A stretch of DNA of 57,697 nucleotides from Coleofasciculus sp. B1-GNL1-01 (lineage in GTDB: Bacteria > Cyanobacteriota > Cyanobacteriia > Cyanobacteriales > Coleofasciculaceae). The stretch lies in the NCBI GenBank assembly GCA_040220235.1, contig JAVJTO010000085.1; one strand, written 5' to 3'. The notes below the pieces were generated by a model. The model saw only the letters and a program-made list of their open reading frames with translations. It was not told where the DNA came from and did not search any database. Positions 19,955-29,915 of the stretch are shown piece by piece; the stretch's first letter is position 1; each line of letters opens with the position of its first letter. Made by a program: the position numbers and the translations under genes.

Positions 19955-21733
19955 GTGAGTAATCCCTATCAATTTATCGGCTATTGGGGTATAGATTCAC
20001 CCGATAAACTGGAAGCGACGTTAACCAAAATTCTCGTTGCCGCGACAGGTTTAGAAACCTCAACACGATTGAAATATCACCTTAACAAAGTCCCTGTAAA
20101 GGGTAGGTTAAATTGGTGTGTTGGTTATATTGGCAGTAATCCGACTAATTCCTTCACAAATGAAGACGGTATCATCGCCGCGTTGTCCGCTTCTGGTTTT
20201 CACGACTCAGCTGATGCTTGGGTTAAGGTAGAAAATAATTATCTAACTTTAGGACGCGAACCCTTTGGACGTGTGCCGCTTTATTGGACAAAACAGGCAA
20301 ATATTATCTGGTTTGCGTCTCAATTACAGCTATTATTACCCCTACTAAAAACAGTTGAGGTGAATCATCATGGGTTGTATGGCTATAGCTGTTTTTCTTA
20401 TGTTCCCACACCGTTGACGCCAGTATCTACTATTTTTTCCGTAGCGGCTGGAACCCTAGAAACCTGGCAAATTACCTCTGAACAAGACTTAACCCATAGC
20501 ACTCACCGTTATTATCAATGGCAATCTGCCTCTGTACTGATTCACGATGAAGACGAAGCCGTATCTCAACTGCAAAGCCTGTTAAAAAATGCCGTTCATC
20601 GACAACTGGAAAATTTGCCCAGTGAACCTGTTGGCGTTTTTCTCTCTGGCGGGTTAGATTCATCTACAATAGCGGCATTATTAGTGCAAGCGGGAGTTAA
20701 GGTTAAGGCATATACCTTAGATTTTGGGTTAGCGGGTGTCTCAGAAGTACCCTATGCGGAACAGGTGGCTGACTATCTGCATATTCCTCTAGTTAAAGTT
20801 GATGCCACACCCCGGCGAATTAAGCAAGCGATTCAAGCGACAGCGACGGCGTTAGATTTACCTTTTGGCGATGGGGTAACGGTTCCTTTATATCTGTTGT
20901 GTCAAGCCGCCAGTCAAGAGACAAAAGTGATTTTTAATGGGGAAGGGGGCGACCAACTTTTTGCTGGATGGACAAATAAACCGCTAATTGCCGCCGGGGT
21001 TTATCATCAAGAACATCCTGGCGGACATAGCAATTTTAGCCAACAGTATTTGCGAACCTTTCACCGTCTCTGGGGATATGAGGAGCGAGTATTTCAGCAT
21101 CAGGTAAACCAGGCGTTATCGGTACACCCAGAACAATGGTTAGCCGAAGCGTTAGATGCTCAGTTTACCACTACCCTATTAGACCGATTGCGTCGGGCGA
21201 CGTTAATGTTAAAAGGCGCTCAAAACATCCATCCACGGGCGACTAACTTAGCATTCTCTCATGGATTGTGGGTGCGATCGCCCTTTTGTGACATTCCGTT
21301 ATCCGAGTGGACATTTCAGGTACCGGGGGAGTTCTACCTGCGGGGTGCTTGTGAAAAATATATCCTCAAACGTGCAGTGGAATCTTGGTTACCGTCAGAG
21401 GTGGTGTGGCGGGAAAAACGGGGGATGGGAGTGCCGTTAACGGCGTGGTGTTTCAATGAGTTATGGTCTGAGGTAGGATATTGGTTAAATTCGGGTATTT
21501 TAGAAGCTGAAGGACGATGGCAACCGCAATTACCCCTGCAACTGATTAAAGGGGAATTTAGCGCCTATTTGCGAGGGCGACGAGTGGGTGAGATTCTCTG
21601 GTTATTGCTGATGTGGCAAGTTTGGCGTAGGAGGGTGTTAAATGAAACGGTGTCTGGGTATTCTGGGTTACATCCCTTTTGGTTACCGTCTCGGTTTTGG
21701 CGATGGTATTGGAAATTACGGGATGAGGTATGA
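19955..21733 (+). CDS. asparagine synthetase B-like (ATP pyrophosphatase) protein lacking the N-terminal catalytic Cys
   Basis: REPFGRVPLYW, FLSGGLDSS, NGEGGDQLFAG, RSPF, EKYILK, REKRGMGVP. Confidence 0.85.
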   Translation: MSNPYQFIGYWGIDSPDKLEATLTKILVAATGLETSTRLKYHLNKVPVKGRLNWCVGYIGSNPTNSFTNEDGIIAALSASGFHDSADAWVKVENNYLTLGREPFGRVPLYWTKQANIIWFASQLQLLLPLLKTVEVNHHGLYGYSCFSYVPTPLTPVSTIFSVAAGTLETWQITSEQDLTHSTHRYYQWQSASVLIHDEDEAVSQLQSLLKNAVHRQLENLPSEPVGVFLSGGLDSSTIAALLVQAGVKVKAYTLDFGLAGVSEVPYAEQVADYLHIPLVKVDATPRRIKQAIQATATALDLPFGDGVTVPLYLLCQAASQETKVIFNGEGGDQLFAGWTNKPLIAAGVYHQEHPGGHSNFSQQYLRTFHRLWGYEERVFQHQVNQALSVHPEQWLAEALDAQFTTTLLDRLRRATLMLKGAQNIHPRATNLAFSHGLWVRSPFCDIPLSEWTFQVPGEFYLRGACEKYILKRAVESWLPSEVVWREKRGMGVPLTAWCFNELWSEVGYWLNSGILEAEGRWQPQLPLQLIKGEFSAYLRGRRVGEILWLLLMWQVWRRRVLNETVSGYSGLHPFWLPSRFWRWYWKLRDEV

Positions 21734-21738
21734 ATATT

Positions 21739-21831
21739 TATAGCACTACGCATTGAGGTTAGGACAATAACATTGAGTGAAAAGGCAACAGGCAACAGGG
21801 TAATGTCCTAACGTATCTTCGTAGTGCTATA
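21739..21831. mobile_element. TATAGC...GCTATA MITE
   Basis: TATAGCACTACG..GTTAGGACA / TGTCCTAAC..CGTAGTGCTATA inverted ends. Confidence 0.7.
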
Positions 21832-21920
21832 TGCCATCAGGTCGCCCCTACAAGCGCTCTTCAGGTATCACCAATAACATAAACGAATGACAAATAACAA
21901 AATTACCCGTTCCTTGACCC

Positions 21921-23459
21921 ATGATAATCAGTGAAGTTTTAAACCAATACGCCACCGGAAGACGTGATTTCAGAGGCGCAAACTTGAACGGTCAATTCTT
22001 TCAAGGACAAGACCTCTCTGGGGCAGATTTTAGTGAAGCGGATATCCGAAGGACAAATTTTACCAATGCTACGTTGACGGGTACGAACTTTAGCGGTGCT
22101 AAGGCGGGACTACAACCTTTTTGGGCAACAGTTTTGGTTATCGGCTTATGGATACTGGCAGGGATATCCGGAATTTTTTCAGGATTCGCTAGTGGTTTTG
22201 TCATATTCATTTTTGATAACAGGCGTCCCGAATACATTCTGGCTGGCTGGGTGAGTTTAATCATGCTGGTCGTTTTGTTTTTCGTCATCCTCCGCAAAGG
22301 TTTAGTCGCTGTCGCTGTGCCTGGAGCGTTGGCTGGAGCTTTGGTTTTCGCTTTCGCTGTCACTGAAGATGGAGTTGTCGCTGTCGCTGTTGCTGTTGCT
22401 GTTGCTGTCGCTGTTGCTGTAATTTTCGTTTTCACTGTCGTTTTCGCCGTCGCTGTCCCCAGAGCTTTGGCTCTCGCAGTGGTTTTGGCTGGAGCTTTCG
22501 CAGTGGTTTTGGCTGGAGCTTTCGCTGTCGCTGGATTTGTCGCCTTTGCTGGAGCTTGCACTGTGGTTTTCGCTGTCGCTTTCGCTTTGGCTTTCGCTGT
22601 TGTTTTCGCTTTTACTGTCGCTGCCGCTGGCACTTTGGCTGGAGCTTTCGCTGTCGCTTTGGCTGGAGCTTTCGCTTTCATAGGAGTTTTCGCTGTCGCT
22701 TTCCCTATGGCTTGGAATGGACCTTTCGCTTTCTCCGGACCTTTCAATTTCGCTGTCGCTGCTGCTTTCGCTGTCGCGTTCACTCTCGTGCTGTTTAGTG
22801 CTGACATTGGCTGGGAAGCAATCCTGGGAGATGAGAAAAATGCTTGGATTCGGGGAGGGGCAATTGCCTTTGCAGCTATCGACGGTACCAGCTTTCGCCA
22901 TGCGGACTTAACTGATGCTGATTTCACAGAAGCTACCCTCAAAAGTACTGACTTGAGACAGGCTACGCTTATTCGTACTTGTTTTTATCACACCAAACAA
23001 CTTGATCAGGTTCGCCCTGGTATAACTTATATTAAAGATGCTCAGGTGCGACAACTGCTAATTACCCGACAGGGACAAGCTCAGAACTTTGACCGCTACA
23101 ACCTGCGCGGTGTCAACTTACAAGGGGCAAACTTAGCCGATGCTAGTTTTATCGGTGCTGATTTAAGCGAAGCCAACTTGCAAGATACGGACTTATCCAG
23201 AGCCAAACTCGTCCAAACCCAACTCGATTACACCGACTTAACCGGAGCTACATTAACAGGTGCTTGTATTGAAGATTGGGGTATCACTCCAGAAACCCAA
23301 CTCAATGGTATCAAGTGTGATTATGTCTTCATGCGCCTAGCCGATAACCTTGACCCCAATCCCCACCGCAAACCAGATGATTGGAATAAGAACTTTGAAG
23401 ATGGCGAATTTGCCGACTTCATTGCACCCATGGTACAAACCCGGGTCTTCCGTAGTTAG
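21921..23459 (+). CDS. pentapeptide-repeat membrane protein with low-complexity Ala/Val/Phe region; C-terminus truncated by an insertion
   Basis: A(D/N)LxGA repeats at both ends, GACIEDWGI motif; last residues are encoded by the MITE end. Confidence 0.8.
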   Translation: MIISEVLNQYATGRRDFRGANLNGQFFQGQDLSGADFSEADIRRTNFTNATLTGTNFSGAKAGLQPFWATVLVIGLWILAGISGIFSGFASGFVIFIFDNRRPEYILAGWVSLIMLVVLFFVILRKGLVAVAVPGALAGALVFAFAVTEDGVVAVAVAVAVAVAVAVIFVFTVVFAVAVPRALALAVVLAGAFAVVLAGAFAVAGFVAFAGACTVVFAVAFALAFAVVFAFTVAAAGTLAGAFAVALAGAFAFIGVFAVAFPMAWNGPFAFSGPFNFAVAAAFAVAFTLVLFSADIGWEAILGDEKNAWIRGGAIAFAAIDGTSFRHADLTDADFTEATLKSTDLRQATLIRTCFYHTKQLDQVRPGITYIKDAQVRQLLITRQGQAQNFDRYNLRGVNLQGANLADASFIGADLSEANLQDTDLSRAKLVQTQLDYTDLTGATLTGACIEDWGITPETQLNGIKCDYVFMRLADNLDPNPHRKPDDWNKNFEDGEFADFIAPMVQTRVFRS

Positions 23460-23627
23460 TGTACTAAATTGTTAGTTTAATTTGCCAGAATATTGGAAAG
23501 CAATAGCTTTAACCATTTTTACCCGAATTTCAATTTGTTTTGAGGTGGTTAAAGTCTACAGTCCTTGTGTGGTAGGCTTCCTGATTCATTAAAGTTGATA
23601 GTTTAGCACACTAAGTCCGGAAGACCC
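23443..23627. mobile_element. 185-bp MITE with about 27-bp imperfect terminal inverted repeats
   Basis: GGGTCTTCCGTAGTTAGTGTACTAAAT vs reverse complement of the right end GGGTCTTCCGGACTTAGTGTGCTAAAC. Confidence 0.8.
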
Positions 23628-23976
23628 ATTTTTTACAATCTATAAAACATTGCAAGCTTTGCCATCGGGAAATTTAGAACGACTTTTAAGGGAGAAAAAT
23701 GAACAAGTTAAAAAGGAAATAGGTTGGCTGGAAACAACACTTAAGGAATACTAAACTATTATAATTGTTAAGAATCTATGATAGATTAAGCATTTTAAGG
23801 CACTTAGGTGCTATTGGTACACCTAAATGTTGAGGAATGTAGGGACGCAAGCCTTACGCCCTCACATCAGAACAAAGGGCGACCCGACAAAATTGATAGG
23901 AAAAGAGTTGTTCATTGATGCAGGCGGGTCGCCCCTACAAACACCGATATCACCAATGACGAATAACCAATGACTC

Positions 23977-25152
23977 ATGACGAATGACCAAGAATTACTG
24001 AATATCTACGGTTCACCCCTCTATGTTTATCAAGGCGATCGCATACGGGATACAATTCGTTATATCTCTTACGCTGTCCCCTATCCGCGCACTCGGTTCC
24101 AGTTTGCCAGCGTGACGAATGGTAATATCGCGTTGCTGCAAATCTTCCAGCAAGAGGGGTGGGGACTTCATGCAAACACCCCCGGAGATATTTATTTAGG
24201 TTTAAAGGCGGGATTCACCCCGGATAAAATTGTTTACAGTGGCAGTAATTTAAATTATCCAGAAATGGAGCAAGTGCTTCACTGGGGAATTACGACCTTA
24301 AATTTAGATAGTATTTCCCAATTAGATTTATGCTGTCAAGTCTATCACGCCTTAAATTCTAAATTACCCCGATTAAACTTAGGATTACGGTTAAATGTAC
24401 CCGAATTAACTGGGGATAGCCGCATCGGGGTTAGACCCGAAGAATTCCCCGATGCGCTGAACCTTACTCAATCAGCCGGATTACAACTCAAAGGTATCCA
24501 TTTCTATCGCGGAACTGGAACCAATGCAACCAAAGCTTTTACCCAAGTAATTGATTCCTTATGCGAGATTGGTCAACAATTACCGGATTGGAACTATTTA
24601 GACTTTGGCGGTGGATTTGGTTATCCCTATCAGGGGAATGGCGTCGCTTTTGATTGGCAAGGATTTGGTCAGGCGATAACTCAGAAACTTGAGACAATTG
24701 GCAGACCTATAGACTTAATTATAGAACCTGGACGTGCCGCGATCGCAGGATGTGCGTCCTTGTTAGCGAAAGTCGTTTCCGTCAAGTGGCAAAATGGGAA
24801 ACAAATTATCGGTGTTGATACCACAGTAGCAAATTTATCCGTTCCTTCGGTACATGGTGGCTATCGAAAAATTATCAGTTTCACCGATACCCAGGGTGAA
24901 CTGTATCCCACCGATGTGTGTGGAAATACCACCTATTCACGGGATTACTTGGGGCGCAACTGTCAACTCCCCGCCTTAAAGATTGGAGATGTTATCGCGA
25001 TTCTCGATAGCGGTGCTTACGGATATGCGATGTCGTCCCATTTCTTACACCGTCCTCGTCCGGCTGAGGTTTTAGTCGAACAAGGAACTCACCGATTAAT
25101 CAGAAAACGGGAAGATTATAGTGTTTTGTTAAAAAATCAGTTATTTGCTTAA
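23977..25152 (+). CDS. diaminopimelate decarboxylase-like (fold-type III PLP family) protein with atypical active site
   Basis: YGSPLYVY, DFGGGFG, EPGRA, GAYGYAMS motifs; FASVTN replaces YAxKAN. Confidence 0.8.
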   Translation: MTNDQELLNIYGSPLYVYQGDRIRDTIRYISYAVPYPRTRFQFASVTNGNIALLQIFQQEGWGLHANTPGDIYLGLKAGFTPDKIVYSGSNLNYPEMEQVLHWGITTLNLDSISQLDLCCQVYHALNSKLPRLNLGLRLNVPELTGDSRIGVRPEEFPDALNLTQSAGLQLKGIHFYRGTGTNATKAFTQVIDSLCEIGQQLPDWNYLDFGGGFGYPYQGNGVAFDWQGFGQAITQKLETIGRPIDLIIEPGRAAIAGCASLLAKVVSVKWQNGKQIIGVDTTVANLSVPSVHGGYRKIISFTDTQGELYPTDVCGNTTYSRDYLGRNCQLPALKIGDVIAILDSGAYGYAMSSHFLHRPRPAEVLVEQGTHRLIRKREDYSVLLKNQLFA

Positions 25153-25349
25153 TTTCCCAGGTGCGTAGGGGCGCACTGACGTGCGCCCTTTACCTAATGT
25201 GCGCCTTAGTAAACCTCAAAATTTTTTTTAACGCAGAGGGACGCAGAGATTGACGCAGAGGGACGCAGAGGAATGGAGAGGAATGGAGAGTATGTGAGTG
25301 AATTTTTTAGCCAATTACAGAAATAGTTAAAAATACAAATTGCCTAATT

Positions 25350-26627
25350 ATGAAATGTATTCAATGTCAAACTGATAATAATCTCAAAGACCGCACCGCC
25401 AATCAAGGACGCTGCAAAAATTGCGGTCATCCCTTTGCCTTTGAACCCACAACTATGGGTCAAACCAAAATCACTGATCCATTTTTTGCCAAAGCTATCT
25501 CGGATCTCTCAGTAAATGGGAGTCTATACTTTACCCCTCAACAATTATACTACCTTATCAACAAGAGAATTAAACGCAAGAGCAACAATATTGTCCTGCA
25601 AATATTTGCCTGGATTCTGATTGTTATTATTCCTTACATCGGAATCCCGCTCTTAATTTTTGCCTGTTACCAAATCAGCAATTCTGCCAATACGCTCAGA
25701 AGAGTCCGTAATCGCAATGCTAGATATTTACAAATTATTGGTGGATTTTTGCTTCTCTATGGAATTTTATTTCTTTTATTCTTTACCGTCGATGGTAGTG
25801 GAGGTAACTGGCTGATTTTTTGCCAATTTGCGATAACTATTATTGTCGGTATGTTATCGTTCTATTTAGGAATTCGACAGTCGCGTCGCCAAAGCACATT
25901 CTTCCAAACCGTTTCGATTACACTGAGTAAATTCCAAAGTTGGTTAGAACGGTGGCAACAAATTAATGGCACAGTTGAACAACTTTTACCCTCTCCGAAT
26001 CAGAAACGTTTACCCACATCCATTAATCCGGATATCACCGCTTATAGTTTTGACCGAGTTGTCGTCTGTGATAGTGCCACAATTGCTCAACTGCTGATTG
26101 CTAATAATTTTCACTTTGAAAATAACTGTGCGGTGCTAAGTATTACTGGGTATCCCCAAGGCATTTTTTCAACGGTATTAGACATGCTGAGACGCAATCC
26201 CGAATTAAAGGTTTACGCCCTACATAATGCCAGTCCTCATGGTATCACCCTGATTCATAACCTGCAAACAAGTTCCAATTGGTTTGCTGATAGTACCGTC
26301 ACCATTTATGATTTAGGATTACTTCCACGTCATGTCTTAAATAGTCGCAATCTTTTTATTCAATCCTCCCCACAGTCAGCAGAAGAGGCGGAACAATTAG
26401 GGTTAGAGGTACGACTAGACTTATCGGGTGAAGAATTTGCCTGGTTAAAATCCGGGAATTTTGTCGAGTTGGAATCATTTACACCGCAACGACTATTACA
26501 GATAGTGACTCAAGGAATTAACCGGAGTCAAATTAGCACAGGGGGGAGAGATTCAGTATTTATAGACGTTGAGAGTGAGAGTAGTAGTAGTGATGTTTAT
26601 TTGGTTGCATCCGACAGTTTTGGTTAA
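25350..26627 (+). CDS. hypothetical membrane protein: N-terminal Zn ribbon, 3 TM segments, C-terminal degenerate TOPRIM-like domain
   Basis: CIQC..CKNC; SITGYP..VYALHNASPHG..LGLLP..VELESF. Confidence 0.65.
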   Translation: MKCIQCQTDNNLKDRTANQGRCKNCGHPFAFEPTTMGQTKITDPFFAKAISDLSVNGSLYFTPQQLYYLINKRIKRKSNNIVLQIFAWILIVIIPYIGIPLLIFACYQISNSANTLRRVRNRNARYLQIIGGFLLLYGILFLLFFTVDGSGGNWLIFCQFAITIIVGMLSFYLGIRQSRRQSTFFQTVSITLSKFQSWLERWQQINGTVEQLLPSPNQKRLPTSINPDITAYSFDRVVVCDSATIAQLLIANNFHFENNCAVLSITGYPQGIFSTVLDMLRRNPELKVYALHNASPHGITLIHNLQTSSNWFADSTVTIYDLGLLPRHVLNSRNLFIQSSPQSAEEAEQLGLEVRLDLSGEEFAWLKSGNFVELESFTPQRLLQIVTQGINRSQISTGGRDSVFIDVESESSSSDVYLVASDSFG

Positions 26628-26762
26628 AAATTACAAGCCAATTCCCCCCTTTTGAAGGGGGATTTAGGGGGATCTAAACTGTATTTAATGAAAACTAACA
26701 GGGTGAAAGATATTTGACGGTAAAATCGGGCGCACGTCGGTGCGCCCCTACGGTTACTAATT

Positions 26763-27743
26763 TTAGTATTTCCGTTTATTCAACCGTTTAATCGTTTTAT
26801 AACTGTCTCGACTAATCGTAACAATCATCTCATCGCCTCCCTGTAATACCTCATCGGCTTGGGGAAATCGAATTTGCCGCCCATTGGCTTTATATAACAC
26901 TAACCCCGCCACTTCTAACTGATTCTGTAACTCAGCAAAGCGTATCCCATCCAACTGACTCTGGGATGTAATCAGAAGTTTTGTGGTTAAAAACACCTCA
27001 TTTTGCACCCGTGTGGTACTAATAATATTTTCATCATGGGCGGCTTGGGCAAATGTCGGTGCGGCTAATGTGGATGTGGAAAACACCAGTTTAAGATTAA
27101 ATCCATTCTGAATTTTTCGGGCTAAGGTTTGGTCATAAATTCTCAATACTATCCGCACATTTGGCTCAATTTCCTGCGCGGTTAATGCACCTTCTAAATT
27201 AGCCAAATCATTATCCGTACAAAAAATAATGGCTTTGCACTTAGCAACCGCTGCTTTAGTTAGGGTTTCGGCTTGACAAATATCACCGATAATGTAGGGA
27301 ATATTTTGATTTTGCAAGAGATCAATCTGTGTCTCTTCATTTTTCTCAATCACCAGAACCGAATCCCCTAACAGTAACAACGTGTCGAGTATCTTTTGTC
27401 CAACTTTACCAAAGCCGCAGATAATTACATGATTTTCCATCTTATACGTTTTTTTTCCTGTTATCTCCAAGAGCTTATTCTTAATTAACCGATCCACCAC
27501 TAAACTAAATAGAATGGCATAGCCCCCAGCCCCTGATAACATCAGGTATATCCCATAAATTTTAATTCCTAACGGTGCAGCAGCTAAATTAAAATCCCCG
27601 AACCCAATGGTGGTGACAATCGTGACAACAAAATAAACGGCATCAATATAACTGATAGATAAACCATAATGAAAAACGAATACTCCTAAAACAATGTTCG
27701 TGAGTAAGAGAAGAGTAAAATAGGTGGGAGAGTTGAGCCGCAT
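26763..27743 (-). CDS. potassium channel family protein with TrkA-N/TrkA-C (RCK) domains
   Basis: selectivity filter TTIGFGD; HVIICGFGKVG RCK motif; ATG 27743 preferred because the longer start lies in a REP palindrome. Confidence 0.9.
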   Translation of the reverse strand: MRLNSPTYFTLLLLTNIVLGVFVFHYGLSISYIDAVYFVVTIVTTIGFGDFNLAAAPLGIKIYGIYLMLSGAGGYAILFSLVVDRLIKNKLLEITGKKTYKMENHVIICGFGKVGQKILDTLLLLGDSVLVIEKNEETQIDLLQNQNIPYIIGDICQAETLTKAAVAKCKAIIFCTDNDLANLEGALTAQEIEPNVRIVLRIYDQTLARKIQNGFNLKLVFSTSTLAAPTFAQAAHDENIISTTRVQNEVFLTTKLLITSQSQLDGIRFAELQNQLEVAGLVLYKANGRQIRFPQADEVLQGGDEMIVTISRDSYKTIKRLNKRKY

Positions 27744-28084
27744 TGAAGGGGGTGAAAAAGTACGGTAGAGACACGCCATGGCACGTCTTGTCGGGGCAGT
27801 TTTAGCTATTATCGTCTTTGGACACCCTGATATTATAAAACCCGCCCCAAGTTGTGAGTCATATAATTATTTGTAGCAATCACCAGAATCATTGTTACCT
27901 TAAATAGATGCAGTTTCAGCAAATCACAATAACAAATCATATCATTTCCGCTTTTTCCAGAATCCCCTAAAATCTGCCACGCCAACCTTTAACCCCCTCC
28001 GCGTACCTCTGCGTTTTCCTCTGCGTCCTCTGCGTTAAAAAAATACAATCTCGATGTCACCCATTTGCCCCCAACCCAAACACA

Positions 28085-29800
28085 TCAATTCAGCCAATAT
28101 TCCAAACTCACCAACAACCAAAGTTTAACCCCATACCGCCTCCAGGTATCTCCCCGATACTCAATCCAATCGCGAATTACTGACTGATTTAAATAAGGCG
28201 CGATCGCGGATTTTTTGGACAACAACAATGCCTTGGTTTGTCGTTGCCAATAGTGGCGGAACCAAAACTGCACTGGAACCATCATCCCGCTTTTGGGTCG
28301 CTGAATAATCTCCCTAGGTAAGAGATCGGCAACCGCTTGCTTGAGAACGGCTTTCTCCTGATTCCCTGCTAGTTTATATTCCGGCGGAATTTCCATTGCC
28401 ATTTGCACAATTCGCTGGTCAAATAAGGGAGAACGCCCATCTAATCCAGCGGAACGGGTCAGATTATTCACCTTGGTTAAAATATGATCCGCACCTTTAA
28501 ATTTAATATTAAGCCCCATTAACCGATTCAAATACTGTGCTGATGAAAACAAATCCGTCTCAAAGACAGAGGGTACAGAGTTAACCGCGTCCCATATTTC
28601 AGCTTGAAACAACCTCGGCAAATCTGGAGCGCATTTTTTAAAGGAGTTCAAATAAGCCGCTACTAAATTAGGATTATTTTCCGGAGAACCATATAACTGC
28701 TTGAGTAACATTGGCTGATTTTTCGGTCCGCCAAAACAAGGATCTCCCCCTTCACCATTGAGGATAATCGTAACCGCTTCCTTCGCTAGTTGCGCTAACA
28801 AATAATTGGGAACCGTTAACGGATCACCAATCGGATCATCCAACTGTGCCATGGTTATCGGTAATTGTTGCCACATCTGTTCTGGAGTAATTTCTAAGAT
28901 ATGGTGTTGCGTGTGGCAATGATGGGCAACTAAATTGGAAAAGTCTAATTCATTGGGACAATTGGCGCCAAAATGAATCGAGTAGGTATGAACCGGATGC
29001 TGATGAAACTTAGCCGTGAGTGCGGTGATGCAACTGGAATCTAATCCCCCCGATAAATAAACCCCCACCGATTCATTGGTAGGTAAGTAACTCTGAACTA
29101 CTTGATCGAGGCGCGATCGCAACTGCTGAGAGTGCCATGATAAATTTTGCTGAGGATGGGTAATTTGCTCTTGCGGTTGCCAGTAATAGTTGGGTGGTCC
29201 ATCAGGTAACTGCAACACCGTACCTGGACGTAATTCCCGCACCTGTTGCCAAAGCGTGCGTTCTCCAGGGACAAAAGCACAACACAAATAATCCCGCAAC
29301 GCAACTAAATCCAAGTCGGCTGAATGGTAGGGGCGCAGGGTTCTCAACCGAGGCGCAATCCAGCAAGAGGAACCCACAATCGTATAATATAACGTCCGAC
29401 CGCCGACGCGATCGCGCACCAACCACAACCTCTGACTCGGTTGATGCCAAATCGCTAGTCCAAATACCCCTTCCAGGTACTCTAAACAATCTTGTCCCCA
29501 GCGTTCCCACAGCAGCGCCACCAACCCTTGATCGGTTCCCCGCCAATCCCCAGGTTCAATTCCCACCTGTTGCAATAATCGGGCAGAATTACTTAACCAA
29601 ATATCCCCCACCACCCCATACTCTGCTTGAGGACTAAAAGCGGGTTGAATCTGAGTTACCGCTAACTGGTTAGGAATCAAGAACGTACAATCAGGGGGTT
29701 CAGCGCGAAATTGCCCCCAGGCTAACAACCAACCTGGGTGAACCGAGGGAATGGGTTCCCTAACCTGTTGATCAGTTAATCGGGACAATAACCATCTCAT
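28085..29800 (-). CDS. second asparagine synthetase B-like protein lacking the N-terminal Cys
   Basis: RDRVGGRTLYY, YLSGGLDSS, NGEGGDPCFGG, RSPLFD, EKAVLK, RPKSGMMVP. Confidence 0.85.
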   Translation of the reverse strand: MRWLLSRLTDQQVREPIPSVHPGWLLAWGQFRAEPPDCTFLIPNQLAVTQIQPAFSPQAEYGVVGDIWLSNSARLLQQVGIEPGDWRGTDQGLVALLWERWGQDCLEYLEGVFGLAIWHQPSQRLWLVRDRVGGRTLYYTIVGSSCWIAPRLRTLRPYHSADLDLVALRDYLCCAFVPGERTLWQQVRELRPGTVLQLPDGPPNYYWQPQEQITHPQQNLSWHSQQLRSRLDQVVQSYLPTNESVGVYLSGGLDSSCITALTAKFHQHPVHTYSIHFGANCPNELDFSNLVAHHCHTQHHILEITPEQMWQQLPITMAQLDDPIGDPLTVPNYLLAQLAKEAVTIILNGEGGDPCFGGPKNQPMLLKQLYGSPENNPNLVAAYLNSFKKCAPDLPRLFQAEIWDAVNSVPSVFETDLFSSAQYLNRLMGLNIKFKGADHILTKVNNLTRSAGLDGRSPLFDQRIVQMAMEIPPEYKLAGNQEKAVLKQAVADLLPREIIQRPKSGMMVPVQFWFRHYWQRQTKALLLSKKSAIAPYLNQSVIRDWIEYRGDTWRRYGVKLWLLVSLEYWLN

Positions 29801-29902
29801 AAGCTGTCATGCATTTAAATTGGGTATTAGTAGCGAGCAAGATGCTCGCACTACAAAGATTGCGCCATTATTGATATTAAGGTTTAAATGCCGAACAGCT
29901 TA
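29800..29902. mobile_element. TA-flanked MITE (TAAGCTGT..GCATTTAAA / TTTAAATGC..ACAGCTTA); related partial copy at about 39270-39345
   Basis: inverted ends and internal GTAGCGAGCAAGATGCTCGCACTAC palindrome. Confidence 0.65.
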
Positions 29903-29915
29903 TCCAGTTGAATCC

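Noticed and set aside
22001..22942. Long antisense ORFs rich in AKAT or SDSE
   Set aside because: Shadows of the low-complexity hexamer region of the pentapeptide gene.
19955..29800. Lasso peptide gene cluster
   Set aside because: No transglutaminase-like B protein, RRE or recognisable precursor peptide seen near the AsnB-like genes.
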